NCBI GenBank assembly: GCA_963758525.1
Contig: CAVWVQ010000003.1
Coordinates: forward strand, 2,048,001-2,112,000
Source: an uncultured Phycisphaerales bacterium
GTDB taxonomy: Bacteria > Planctomycetota > Phycisphaerae > Tepidisphaerales > Tepidisphaeraceae
Reading direction: 5' to 3'
DNA: 64,000 nt
The position numbers were made by a program, and so were the translations under genes. The notes beneath the pieces were generated by a model, which worked only from the letters and a program-made list of their open reading frames with translations, made no database searches and was not told the DNA's origin. How positions within the stretch are numbered: position 1 is the first letter of the stretch; each line of letters starts with the position of its first letter. This document shows positions 44,715 through 54,228 of the stretch, one piece after another.

Positions 44715-45278
44715 GTGCTGCCCGACCATTCGCCCAGACCCTCCGCGCCCGCTTTTCACTGGCCTTCGCATGCCGCGGCAGATACATTGATTCTCGTGCA
44801 AGCTGTCGCGCCCTTGGTTTACTCCCGCTGCACGGTCGTTCAACGCTCTTCGGTTTCCGGTCGATTGCTTGCCTTGGCGATCGCGATCACGTGCGGTGCG
44901 GTGCTGCTGACGGCCGCCCGGCTGACGCCAGATCGTCATGGCTTTGGCACCCATACCGCGCTGGGCTTGCAGCCCTGCGCGTTTCTGGCGCGGACGGGCC
45001 TCCCCTGCCCCGCGTGCGGAATGACCACGAGCTTCGCCTGTTTTGTCCGCGGGCATCTGCTCGATAGTCTATACGTGCAGCCGATGGGAAGCGTCCTGGC
45101 GGCGCTGACCTGCTTCGCCTGGTGGGGCGGGTTGTATATTGCACTCACGGGCAGACCGATTTATCGCTTGCTTTGGGTCATGCCCAGCCGATATTACGTG
45201 GTCCCGCTGGTGTCATGGGGGGTCGTCGCCTGGGCGTGGAAAATTTTCATCCACGTGCGCGGGATCGACGGCTTCTGA
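44715..45278 (+). CDS. DUF2752-type membrane protein (start uncertain)
   Basis: GTHTALGLQPCAFLARTGLPCPACGMTTSF plus TM helices. Confidence 0.8.
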   Translation: MLPDHSPRPSAPAFHWPSHAAADTLILVQAVAPLVYSRCTVVQRSSVSGRLLALAIAITCGAVLLTAARLTPDRHGFGTHTALGLQPCAFLARTGLPCPACGMTTSFACFVRGHLLDSLYVQPMGSVLAALTCFAWWGGLYIALTGRPIYRLLWVMPSRYYVVPLVSWGVVAWAWKIFIHVRGIDGF

Positions 45279-45290
45279 CGAGGGTTCATC

Positions 45291-45977
45291 ATGAAATCGT
45301 TTCGCGCATGCAGGCGCGCCTGCCCGTTTATCACGCTTTTGCTGTTGCTGGGCGGTTGCAACGTCGTCGGCGTGCTCGCCCAGGCGATGCCGCGGGACAA
45401 CATTCCCGCCGCGTATAAGAAGCTGGCCGGGCAGAGCGTTGTGGTTTACGTCTGGGCCGATCGCGGTGTCCGCATCGACTGGCCGGACATTCAATTCAAC
45501 CTTACTAGCGGCGTGCAAAGCAAGCTGCAGCTTGCCCAGAAAGCCGATCCCAAGCTGGCGGAACTGAAAGACACGACATTTCCGCTCGGCGCTGCCTCGG
45601 TCGCGCGGTTTCAGGAAGATCATCCCGAACTGGAGGCGCAGCCCATCAACAGCGTCGCGCCGATGCTCAATGCGTCGCGCGTTGTTTACGTGGAAATCTC
45701 CTCGTTCCAGACGCGCTCGAATGATTCGGTCGAACTATATCGCGGCTCGATCACCGCGATCGTGAAGGTGCTGGAAGTGAAGAACGGTCAGGCGACGACA
45801 GGATTTGAAGATCGCAACGTGGCGGCGGTCTTTCCGCTTAAGAGTCCCGAGGAAGGAGTCGCCGATCTGACCGATGAGGCAGTCTATCAGGGCGTGGTAA
45901 AGGAACTGGCCACCCAGATTGCGATTCGCTTCATCCCCCACGCCGACGCCGATGAACAGGACGAATTGGACAAGTGA
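45291..45977 (+). CDS. Lipoprotein, hypothetical
   Basis: Lipobox LLGGC; operonic. Confidence 0.7.
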   Translation: MKSFRACRRACPFITLLLLLGGCNVVGVLAQAMPRDNIPAAYKKLAGQSVVVYVWADRGVRIDWPDIQFNLTSGVQSKLQLAQKADPKLAELKDTTFPLGAASVARFQEDHPELEAQPINSVAPMLNASRVVYVEISSFQTRSNDSVELYRGSITAIVKVLEVKNGQATTGFEDRNVAAVFPLKSPEEGVADLTDEAVYQGVVKELATQIAIRFIPHADADEQDELDK

Positions 45978-46648
45978 ATTTCAAGCGTGATTCAACCTCA
46001 CGTCAGGCGAAACTGACCATCGGCGCAGCGATGCTGCTGCTAATGGCCTGCGCCGGCGGGTGTCAGTACCTGGGCGCGCTGCTCTCGAAGGTGGTTGATG
46101 ATCCGCCGGTTCCCGCGGAGTACGTTCCAACGCGCGAAGAGATGCTGGTGCTGATTGAGGATTCGCACAATCCGGATCTGATCGGAATCATCGGCGACCG
46201 CATGATGAGCGACGTGGCCAAAAATCTCTCGCTGCACAAAGTGGATCAGATTGTCCCCCCGACGAAGCTTTTCGACTTCCGCTCCGCCCACCTGGATCAA
46301 TTTCGGCAGATGTCCATTCTGGCCCTGGCCCATGCGATGGGCGCGCGGCAAGTCCTCTACGTCGACGTCATCAGCTTCAACGTGACCGCGCCAATCGCCA
46401 GCCAAACCGCGAAGGGGGCGATCACCGCCCACGTAAAAGTGATTGACGCACAAACCGGCGAAACCCGCTGGCCCCAGGACGCGGGGCCGAAGATCATCAC
46501 CGTCGAATCACCAACGATGCCGCTCAAGGGCGACGGCTCGCTTGAGCCTCTCAATGACTACATCGTTGACCGCCTCTCGGAACGCATCTCTGAGTTGTTT
46601 TACTCGCATCCCCCGATCACCGACGATCAGTCGGAAGAGAAAAACTGA
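45974..46648 (+). CDS. Lipoprotein, hypothetical (likely distant paralogue of the upstream gene)
   Basis: Lipobox AGGC, GTGA overlap, and similar ARQVLYVDV...KGAITAHVKVID segment. Confidence 0.7.
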   Translation: MNFKRDSTSRQAKLTIGAAMLLLMACAGGCQYLGALLSKVVDDPPVPAEYVPTREEMLVLIEDSHNPDLIGIIGDRMMSDVAKNLSLHKVDQIVPPTKLFDFRSAHLDQFRQMSILALAHAMGARQVLYVDVISFNVTAPIASQTAKGAITAHVKVIDAQTGETRWPQDAGPKIITVESPTMPLKGDGSLEPLNDYIVDRLSERISELFYSHPPITDDQSEEKN

Positions 46649-46686
46649 ACGTCCGATAGCTGGGCGCACCCGTGAACCGCAGACGA

Positions 46687-46790
46687 AGGTTAGCCGCGAC
46701 GCGCAGCGGAGCGCGTATTCGAGCGGTAAACAGCGCAATTTTTACACCTCGCCCACGGATACGCGCTCCGCTGCGCGTCGCGGCTAACCT
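46687..46790. repeat. Perfect 32-bp inverted repeat with 40-nt loop (REP-like)
   Basis: aggttagccgcgacgcgcagcggagcgcgtat / atacgcgctccgctgcgcgtcgcggctaacct. Confidence 0.85.
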
Positions 46791-46897
46791 CGGCTAACTT
46801 TAATGCCCTGAGGTCACACAGCATGCGCGCCTCAAGCTTGAGCCCGCTCGCCGTTAAGCTGTTCCCGTGAATGTTCGATAGTGGCTGAGAGGCCACA

Positions 46898-47341
46898 ATG
46901 AATTCAGAATTGCAATCTGCGCCCGAAACCGCCACCGAGGCTGACCGTCGCGAGAGAACGCCTGGCCCCGATCGGCGGCTCGACCGTCTGGATCGCCGCG
47001 CCGGCCTGGAGCGTCGCGCGCAGTCCGCCGACGCCGCCGACTACACCGGGCCGGAGCGACGCGAAGCCCAGGAGCGCCGCGGGAACAGTCTCGAACGCCG
47101 TCGCGGCCCCGGGCGTCGTCTGGCCGACGATCGCAAGAGCGCCGAAGAGGGGGAAATGAACCAATATCAGTTCGAGTTTGTGATGGCGATCCAAACCTAC
47201 AAGAAGGTCAACAAGCGCCTCTATCCAACCTGGACAGAAATACTCGAGATCGTCGAGCAGCTTGGGTACCGCAAGGTTCAGCGCCGTAATTTCAAGCTCC
47301 CGGATTGCCCCGAGCCCCAGTTGCAGACCGATGGCGCATGA
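46898..47341 (+). CDS. Hypothetical protein with (D/E)RR repeats
   Basis: Multiple DRR/ERR units followed by EEGEM...FEFVMAIQTYKKVNKRLYPTWTEILEIVEQLGYRK. Confidence 0.75.
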   Translation: MNSELQSAPETATEADRRERTPGPDRRLDRLDRRAGLERRAQSADAADYTGPERREAQERRGNSLERRRGPGRRLADDRKSAEEGEMNQYQFEFVMAIQTYKKVNKRLYPTWTEILEIVEQLGYRKVQRRNFKLPDCPEPQLQTDGA

Positions 47342-47368
47342 ATTGGAGCTCGAAGCGCGGATTTCGCG

Positions 47369-48009
47369 GCGCTGGCCTCGCCCGCAACCCAAATCAAAGA
47401 ATCTGACCGCGGATGAACGCAGGGAAAGAGATTGAACCGCTGATAAACGCCGATGAACGCAGATTGATCAGAGACTTCGTACGACGCGTTTAACGCCCAA
47501 TTGCAAGTTCCCGAAGTTGATCAAGAGGCAAATGTGAAGGCAGGAACCCACTTCCAGCCCATTGGCAACATCCTATGCGCAGTCGGTGTTCTTCTCAGTG
47601 ATTTCATTTAATCTGCGTTCATTTGTGTCACAACCCATTGAGATCTTCGCGCTGCGCAAATTTTCCCGGGCGGGCGATCAGCCAAAAGATCAAGAGCCGC
47701 GAAGACGCGAAGCCGCGAAGACAAACGCGAAGGAAGACAATTCAATTGCACCTGAAACCCGAAGGCGCAATTCCTTGGGCTTCGATCCCGCATTTTTGAT
47801 TTTCTTACCTTCGCGTCTCTCTTCGCGTCTTCGCGTCTTCGCGGCTCTTCGTTTTGGTTGCGGCCGAGCGAAGCGAGGCAGCGCCGGGTTTATCTGCGGT
47901 TCCCTTTCTTCTGTTTGATAAAGCATTCACACCAGCAGCGGCGTCGCCGACAGCATCGTGAAGAAGTGACGACGAATGCTTGGAGTGTAACGTAGAGAAG
48001 GGAGAGGTT
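47369..48009 (-). mobile_element. Degenerate, internally deleted GxxExxY element (copy E) with nested insertion
   Basis: Matches 39554-40414 at both ends; ORF deleted between FL and LHICLLINFG (join 47540/47541) with an internal TAG. Confidence 0.82.
47629..47887. mobile_element. 259-bp non-coding insertion (cgcgaag-hairpin element) copy 2
   Basis: Reverse complement of 39644-39903; on the - strand it splits the upstream IR as gataaAC[insert]ACacaaatgaacgcagatt. Confidence 0.8.
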
Positions 48010-50546
48010 TGCCGGCGCAGCCTGCGCCAAGTCTTATCTGCGCCCGGCTTTGCCCGTGGCGGAATCCGCACCGGCTTTTTCACCACCGCAGCGCCGATTC
48101 CATCTGTTCCCGCCGCGTCGATCGGCGGATCGAGCGGAAGAATCTTCAGCGATACGACATTCGTCGGGCAGACCTCGACGCACTCCCCGTCCAGATCGCA
48201 TTTGTTGAGATGCCGAAGATCGACCAGGGCCTTGCCGTCGATCATGCGCAACACCCCCTTGTCGCAATGGGCGACGCAGACTTCGCACCCGATGCAGTCG
48301 CGCGTGTCGATGTTCAGTGCCACGCGATACATCTGTCCGTCGGCGGGATCTTCACGAACAAAATTCCCGGTGGGGCTGGCGGTTTCGCGGGAATCATTGA
48401 TCTCAAAATCCGCGTCAAGCTGGTCGAAATGGCCGTGTGACTGCACTTGCACCGTCCCGCGGCGGCGCAAACGGTAGACCGGCTGATTGCAGCTCTCGCA
48501 CAGTTGGAGCTGTTCGAGCTTCTCCAGATACTTGATCGTCGTGCTGACGACGGTCGCGTGAGACCAGGTCAGCGGGCTGACGCTCAGCGGCGCGTTCGTG
48601 TATGGATTCACTTGCTCGGCAAGCACGCCGCTTTCCAGCGCGTGGCCTGCCGTCCATTCGAAGATCGGAATCGCGGCTTTGAGCTCGGCGACGCTTTTGG
48701 CGCACGCGATGTAATAGTCAGCCATCCACAGCGTGCAGATAAACCACGGATTTCCCGGGACGGCCGCGATGTCGCTGCTGATCCGATGATAGTAGTCGTT
48801 TTCGTAGCGCGCCACGCCCCCAACGCGTGTCTTGACCCACAGCTTCTGCTCGACGGCCCGCATCGTCGATTCGACGCGCGGATCTTCGACCTCAAAGAGA
48901 TGAAATTTGAAAATCGCCCAGAGCGAAGCATCCACCGTTTCGTCGACTTCAAAAAGCTCGTCGATCGACGGATCGTGGAGCAGCGGATCTTTTTCCTGAT
49001 AATCGCCCGCGTCCGGCGGCTTGGGAACATCCTTCATCACCAGCCGGCGAACAAACCGGCCAAGCTTCTCGCTGTACAGATATTTCGCGGCTCCCTCTTT
49101 TACTTCCTTCGCGGCCCTGGCGTAGATTTCCGCTTTGACGCGGTCGCCAAAGCAGACGGCAAAGTTGTGTGCCGCTTTGAGCCCGCCATAGACCGTTGCC
49201 ACGGTGAACGCATGAACGCCCCACCGCTCCTCCCACAAGTCGTAGCTGGGAAGCGGCAAACCCGTGCGCGGATCGCGGTAACGGACCATGAAATCCGCCG
49301 CCTTCTGCACCAGGTCCACCCACAGCGGGCGGATGAATTCGATGTCGCGATAGCGGAAATAGTGGCGCCACAGCGCCCAGACGACCAGGGCCGTTTCATC
49401 TTCCTGAATCGGCATCGCCCGGTTGCCCTTGAGCACCCACGGATGCCAGCTTGAGGCTGGCGAACCGTCCGGGTTGTACTTGTGATAGAAATAACCCTCG
49501 TCGGTGAGCACGTCGCTGCAGAATTTGTAGAACCATCGCGCGATGTCGGGGAAGCCCGCCATATCGAGTGAATTCGCGACCAGCGCCCCGTCGCGCGGCC
49601 ACATATAGGAATAGGTGTCGCGCGAGAACTGCATGATGTCCGAGTCATTGGCGGCAATGATCGCGCCGCCGTTGTCGATCTGCGTGCGCAGCACCAGCAG
49701 CGAACGCTTGAAGAGCTCGACCACTTTCTGCGGGAGGTTGCCGAAATTGATGTTGGTCCCGCCCGCCCAGAGCCGCCAGTAGCTGCTCGTGCGATCCACC
49801 ACGCCCTGCGGTCCCATCTTCGCCAGCCAGTTGTTGAGTTCGAGCAATTCATCGCGCGACTTGCCCGCCATGATGATCATGTAGACGTTCTGCTCAGCCT
49901 CGGGGGCGAGCGGGACGTGCAGCGAGATGGTTGAATCGACCGAGCCCTGTGCGATCGGGTTGCCCTGCAGATGCCCGTCTTCCGCGTCACGGTAGGTTCC
50001 CTCAGCTCCGTTAAACCCACTTTTCCCCGTCGCATATTCGTCGATGCGCTGTACGGCATCGGCGTGAAACGTGATCATCAAATATCGCTTGGCGCGATAA
50101 TGCACCATGCCATTCAGCTCGGGATCGAAGTAGGCGGTGTCGCCCACTTTCGTGCCAAACATGCTGAAATCGTTGTGATGCATCACCTTGGCGACGCGGG
50201 CGTGCGGAGCAAGATTCTTGATCTTGATCTTGCGGATCAGGATGTTGCGATGGAAATCGACGACGTCGTTGCAGTAGAGCGCCAGCCGAAGCTCGCGATG
50301 ATCGAGGCTGACGCTGGTGGTGAGCGTGTCGCGCAGATACCGCTGCCGGACGTTCCACCCGTCGCAGCTCCACGCCAGCAGCGAGCGCTGCTGCCCCGGA
50401 ACATCGCAGTAGACGCCAAAATGGCACGGCCCAGCGCCGGCGTGATTCTCCTGCCCGACGTGAGGAAAATACAGATCGCGAATCTGGTACTGATGATCGA
50501 AGTTAACGAGCAGTTGCCCGTTGCCGACCGGAATATCTCGTGGCAT
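47805..50546 (-). CDS. GH15 glucoamylase-like hydrolase fused to C-terminal dicluster ferredoxin domain (ORF tail runs into repeat element)
   Basis: MPRDIPVGNG, YSYMWPRDGA, QEDETA, SYDLWEER, LAEQV and SPLTWSHA; then CIGCEVCVAHC and CDLDGECVEVCP. Confidence 0.85.
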   Translation of the reverse strand: MPRDIPVGNGQLLVNFDHQYQIRDLYFPHVGQENHAGAGPCHFGVYCDVPGQQRSLLAWSCDGWNVRQRYLRDTLTTSVSLDHRELRLALYCNDVVDFHRNILIRKIKIKNLAPHARVAKVMHHNDFSMFGTKVGDTAYFDPELNGMVHYRAKRYLMITFHADAVQRIDEYATGKSGFNGAEGTYRDAEDGHLQGNPIAQGSVDSTISLHVPLAPEAEQNVYMIIMAGKSRDELLELNNWLAKMGPQGVVDRTSSYWRLWAGGTNINFGNLPQKVVELFKRSLLVLRTQIDNGGAIIAANDSDIMQFSRDTYSYMWPRDGALVANSLDMAGFPDIARWFYKFCSDVLTDEGYFYHKYNPDGSPASSWHPWVLKGNRAMPIQEDETALVVWALWRHYFRYRDIEFIRPLWVDLVQKAADFMVRYRDPRTGLPLPSYDLWEERWGVHAFTVATVYGGLKAAHNFAVCFGDRVKAEIYARAAKEVKEGAAKYLYSEKLGRFVRRLVMKDVPKPPDAGDYQEKDPLLHDPSIDELFEVDETVDASLWAIFKFHLFEVEDPRVESTMRAVEQKLWVKTRVGGVARYENDYYHRISSDIAAVPGNPWFICTLWMADYYIACAKSVAELKAAIPIFEWTAGHALESGVLAEQVNPYTNAPLSVSPLTWSHATVVSTTIKYLEKLEQLQLCESCNQPVYRLRRRGTVQVQSHGHFDQLDADFEINDSRETASPTGNFVREDPADGQMYRVALNIDTRDCIGCEVCVAHCDKGVLRMIDGKALVDLRHLNKCDLDGECVEVCPTNVVSLKILPLDPPIDAAGTDGIGAAVVKKPVRIPPRAKPGADKTWRRLRRQTSPFSTLHSKHSSSLLHDAVGDAAAGVNALSNRRKGTADKPGAASLRSAATKTKSREDAKTRRETRR

Positions 50547-50662
50547 CAGGAACCTGCCTGCAAGTGCGCACCGTCGTTCGCCACATGGCCCCAAGTTATC
50601 GGGCGCCTTGCCGCTTTGGTTATTGGTATTTCGACCGCTCTTCCCCGCCGACTTGAATCCGT

Positions 50663-52093
50663 CTACACGCGAAGCGTAAACGCTTCCTGCAACTGATCTC
50701 GATAGCGCTCGCGGATCGGCGCCACCACGTCGGCAATAAAACGTGTCACCTGTACCGAAGAGCGTCCGGTGAACGCCGACGGGCTCAATACCTCGTCCCA
50801 CTTGATCCGCGAGAACGCGGGATCACTTCGCAGCCGCGAAATCAGGTCATTCTCCCTGCCGTACATTTTCACCTGCTCGCTGGCGGCCAGTGAGTGATTG
50901 CGAATCACTTCGTGCAGCACCTGACGATCGCCCCCGCCGCGCACGCCCGCCATCAGGATTTCCTCGGTTGCCATAAATGGCAATTCCGCGGCAACCGCGG
51001 CCGCGATGGTCTTTGGATAAACAACCAGCCCGCGCACCACATCGATGACGATCTGCAGGCAACCGTCCAGCGCCAGGAACGCCTCGGGGATGCTCAGCCG
51101 CTTGTTGGCCGAGTCATCCAGCGTCCGCTCGAACCACTGCTCGGCAGCGGTCTGCAACGGCGAGGTCGACAGACTGATGACAAATCGCGCCAGCCCCGTC
51201 GCCCGCTCGCAGCGCATGGGATTGCGTTTGTACGCCATCGCGCTGGAGCCGACTTGCTCTTCCTCGAACGGCTCCTCGATCTGCTTCATGCCCGCCAGGA
51301 GACGAATGTCATTGCAGAATTTATGGACGCTCGCGGCTGCATTGGCCAGGGCGGAGACAATCTGCGCATCAATTTTGCGCGGATACGTCTGCCCCGTAAC
51401 CGCAAAAGACTCGGCGAACCCGAACTTCTGCGTCACCATCCGGTCGAGCCGATCGACCTTGTCATGATCTGAATCGAAGAGCGAGAGAAACGACGCCTGC
51501 GTGCCGGTCGTTCCCTTGACGCCGCGGAAGCGCAGCGTGGCAATGCGATGCTCGATCTCCTCCAGATCGATCGCCAGGTCCTGCGCCCAAAGGCTTGCGC
51601 GCTTGCCGACGGTGGTGAGCTGGGCCGGCTGAAAGTGCGTGTAGCCCAGCGTGGGCAGGTCCTTCCACTTTTGGGCAAATGTCCCCAGCGCGTCAATCGC
51701 GCTGGCAAGACGACCCGCCACGAGTTGCATCCCCTCGCGCATGATGATCAGCTCGGCGTTGTCCACGACGTATTGCGACGTCGCTCCAAGATGAATGATC
51801 CCGCGTGCCGCCGGCGCAATTTCCTCGTACGTCGCGATATGTGCCATCACATCATGCCGTTTGCGCCGCTCCCATTCCGCGGCCTTCGCGAAGTCGATCT
51901 GGTCGACGGCTGCCTCCATCTGCGTCAGCGCCTCTTGCGTGATCCGTGTCAGCCCCAGCTCGCGCTCGCATCGCGCCAATTCCAGCCACAGCCGCCGCCA
52001 AAGGCCGAACTTATGCTGCGGCGAAAACAGCCGCAGCATCTGCGGGCTCGCGTTGCGGGAGACCAGCGGCGATTCGTAAGTGTCATGAGCCAT
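50663..52093 (-). CDS. purB: Adenylosuccinate lyase
   Basis: HDVMAH, IHLGATS, GYTHFQPAQ, RGVKGTTGTQASF and signature GSSAMAYKRNPMRCE. Confidence 0.96.
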   Translation of the reverse strand: MAHDTYESPLVSRNASPQMLRLFSPQHKFGLWRRLWLELARCERELGLTRITQEALTQMEAAVDQIDFAKAAEWERRKRHDVMAHIATYEEIAPAARGIIHLGATSQYVVDNAELIIMREGMQLVAGRLASAIDALGTFAQKWKDLPTLGYTHFQPAQLTTVGKRASLWAQDLAIDLEEIEHRIATLRFRGVKGTTGTQASFLSLFDSDHDKVDRLDRMVTQKFGFAESFAVTGQTYPRKIDAQIVSALANAAASVHKFCNDIRLLAGMKQIEEPFEEEQVGSSAMAYKRNPMRCERATGLARFVISLSTSPLQTAAEQWFERTLDDSANKRLSIPEAFLALDGCLQIVIDVVRGLVVYPKTIAAAVAAELPFMATEEILMAGVRGGGDRQVLHEVIRNHSLAASEQVKMYGRENDLISRLRSDPAFSRIKWDEVLSPSAFTGRSSVQVTRFIADVVAPIRERYRDQLQEAFTLRV

Positions 52094-52102
52094 GAAATCG
52101 AT

Positions 52103-52264
52103 CCCCGTGGCATAGGCTTCCGGTCCATGCTGGCGGCGTGGTAGCGAATAAAATCAGATCGCTCAGCATGGACTCACCAAACAGTTTCGCGAAGAGAATG
52201 AGGAGCCGCGGCTGCGCGTAATTTATCGCGCAACGAACATGGGCTGGAAGCCCATGCCACGGGG
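52103..52264. repeat. Inverted pair of gtggcatgggc-type REP-like palindromes
   Basis: ccccgtggcataggcttccggtccatg ... catgggctggaagcccatgccacgggg; related unit gtggcacgggcatcttgcccgtg near 55929. Confidence 0.75.
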
Positions 52265-52372
52265 AAGGCATCTTTTATCAGAAATTCCCGGCGTTCAGAA
52301 TGGCGCGCTGGTGGTGAACGGTCAGGGTACGCGAATTCCCGGGGCACCTGTTCGCGGCGATGCCCGCCCTTG

Positions 52373-52488
52373 CCCCCTCTCCCGGTATTCCGGGAGAGGG
52401 TTGGGGTGAGGGTGCTTGGATCGACGAATGCCGTCGGTGCTCGAAATCACCCTCACCCTGTCCCTCTCCCGGAGTACCAGGAGAGGGG
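52373..52488. repeat. Inverted pair of ccctcaccc-ccctctccc palindromes (copies 3 and 4)
   Basis: cccctctcccggtattccgggagagggttggggtgagggt ... accctcaccctgtccctctcccggagtaccaggagagggg. Confidence 0.82.
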
Positions 52489-52559
52489 ATCGGAGGGCGT
52501 TCGCAGCGAAATTAAGCCACGTGCATTGCGACCAGGATGCTACATCACCGCAACGTCAC

Positions 52560-53696
52560 TCACTCGGCCTTCGGCGCCTCCACCGGCCGCTGCAGGCTGA
52601 CCGTCGCGCCCAAGCCCAGAAAGGCGAAGCCTGCGGCGACCGCGGCGACGCCCCATTGAAGGAACAACGCCATGCCTCCCGACGATGCCGCCGCGGCGAT
52701 CCAGTAGAACGCGTGCCGCCGCAGATACACATAGACGTACACGATATACGCCCCCGCGATGACGATCATGGCCGAGGTTAGCGGCGTCCTCGCTCCGATC
52801 TGCAGATACAGAGGTGCGGGGTCCGCCAATGTCATTGCGATCGCCAGGACTGGCAGTCCCAGCCGCGCCGTCTTGAACATCCCGCGAAGCTGCGGGTCAG
52901 CGATCCGCACGCGCGCCAGTGGCAGCGACACGCCCAACAGCACCAACGCGCCCTCACCAAGATAAAAGCGGGCGTTGTAAACCCAGTGCAGCATTCCCAG
53001 ATGTGCCACCAGTGACACGAACGGCAGCACCATATACAGCCGCAGGATGAACTGCCGGCGCGGCGCGTCCAATTCAGCGGACCGACCCCTCTGGAAGCGC
53101 TCCGCAAGCCACAGTTGCACTTCGTACAACACCGGCAACAGCGCGATGACCACCCATGCAGTATAAAACTGCTGAAAACTCGGCACCCCCGCGTGTGCCA
53201 CGGCTTTGAAGACGCTGGGAAGTCCGAACAGCACAAGCAGCTCCGCCGCCACGAATTTGAAGACCCTCGCCGGGAATTCGCGATAGAGCACGCGAAAGAT
53301 GACCGCGACCTTCAGGAGAGCCAGAACAAATACCAGCCCATTCAGGATCAGCGCCGTCGGCCCGCGCGTCTGCGCCATCTCGGCGTTGAGAAACGCCAGA
53401 TCGACAAGGAATGGCGCTTCGAGCAGCAGCAGCGTCCGCCCGTCGCGTTCGATTCCCCGGTCGCGGATCAGATACAGCCCCAACGCGATCAGCAGCACCT
53501 CATACAGATTCAGCGTGACCACCAGCACCAGCAGCCGCGGCAACTCGCCCGCCCGCAGGCCCAGATCGCCATTGAGCGCGTAACACCCGGCGATCATGCA
53601 GAGTGCACTGAGCAGATAGAAAGGATTGTGATGAAAAAGAAACGTCGCCAGCGCCCGGGAAAGCCGCGCGCGCACAGAAGCGGATACGGCGTCCAT
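52560..53696 (-). CDS. Polytopic membrane protein, hypothetical
   Basis: HNPFYLLSALCM start region, roughly ten TM helices, and RBS aaggag. Confidence 0.75.
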   Translation of the reverse strand: MDAVSASVRARLSRALATFLFHHNPFYLLSALCMIAGCYALNGDLGLRAGELPRLLVLVVTLNLYEVLLIALGLYLIRDRGIERDGRTLLLLEAPFLVDLAFLNAEMAQTRGPTALILNGLVFVLALLKVAVIFRVLYREFPARVFKFVAAELLVLFGLPSVFKAVAHAGVPSFQQFYTAWVVIALLPVLYEVQLWLAERFQRGRSAELDAPRRQFILRLYMVLPFVSLVAHLGMLHWVYNARFYLGEGALVLLGVSLPLARVRIADPQLRGMFKTARLGLPVLAIAMTLADPAPLYLQIGARTPLTSAMIVIAGAYIVYVYVYLRRHAFYWIAAAASSGGMALFLQWGVAAVAAGFAFLGLGATVSLQRPVEAPKAE

Positions 53697-54228
53697 GATG
53701 GACTCCTTCGGTTTGGCCGTACGCGGGACAACGGCGGATTGAGAAGGATCAACGTTTAGTGAAAGGGAAGCGTCTGGCTTTCCACACCTCCTGACAGACT
53801 CGCAAGCACGCCGGCCGGGATCGATAAGATGGATGATGATAAAGCCGCGCTGGCGACCCGCGAAGCGAGCAATGAAAGAGCCCCGCCAACCCGAAGCCTC
53901 TCCCGCAAGTCCGCGGTGGCGGGCTATTGATAACAGACCATCGCACCGCGATTGTTGCAGCGAAAATAAAACCTCGATTCACGGAGTCGATGTCCGACGC
54001 GTTGACGGCCGCGTTGTACCACCCGAAGAGGTCCACGCAACCGGTCCCGCCGCCAGCGCGGCAGGAATTTTCTGGGCTGCGGGGTTGGGCACCAATTCAA
54101 CGTGTCCGCCTAGAAACAGAAATACTCCACCCCCGGTAGACGCCGGCATTGCCGCATCATATGACATGACCGCCGTCGTCGAGCTGCTCCATTCCTCGAT
54201 CGCGCAATACGTACCAAAACACGAGCAC

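Noticed and set aside
46687..46790. Integron attC site
   Set aside because: GTTAG/CTAAC boxes are in the opposite order to attC, the arms are perfect with no extrahelical bases, and there is no integrase or cassette array
47805..48010. Genuine C-terminal domain of the GH15 protein
   Set aside because: These codons are read-through into the GxxExxY leader and nested insert; an alternative stop exists at 48034 in another frame
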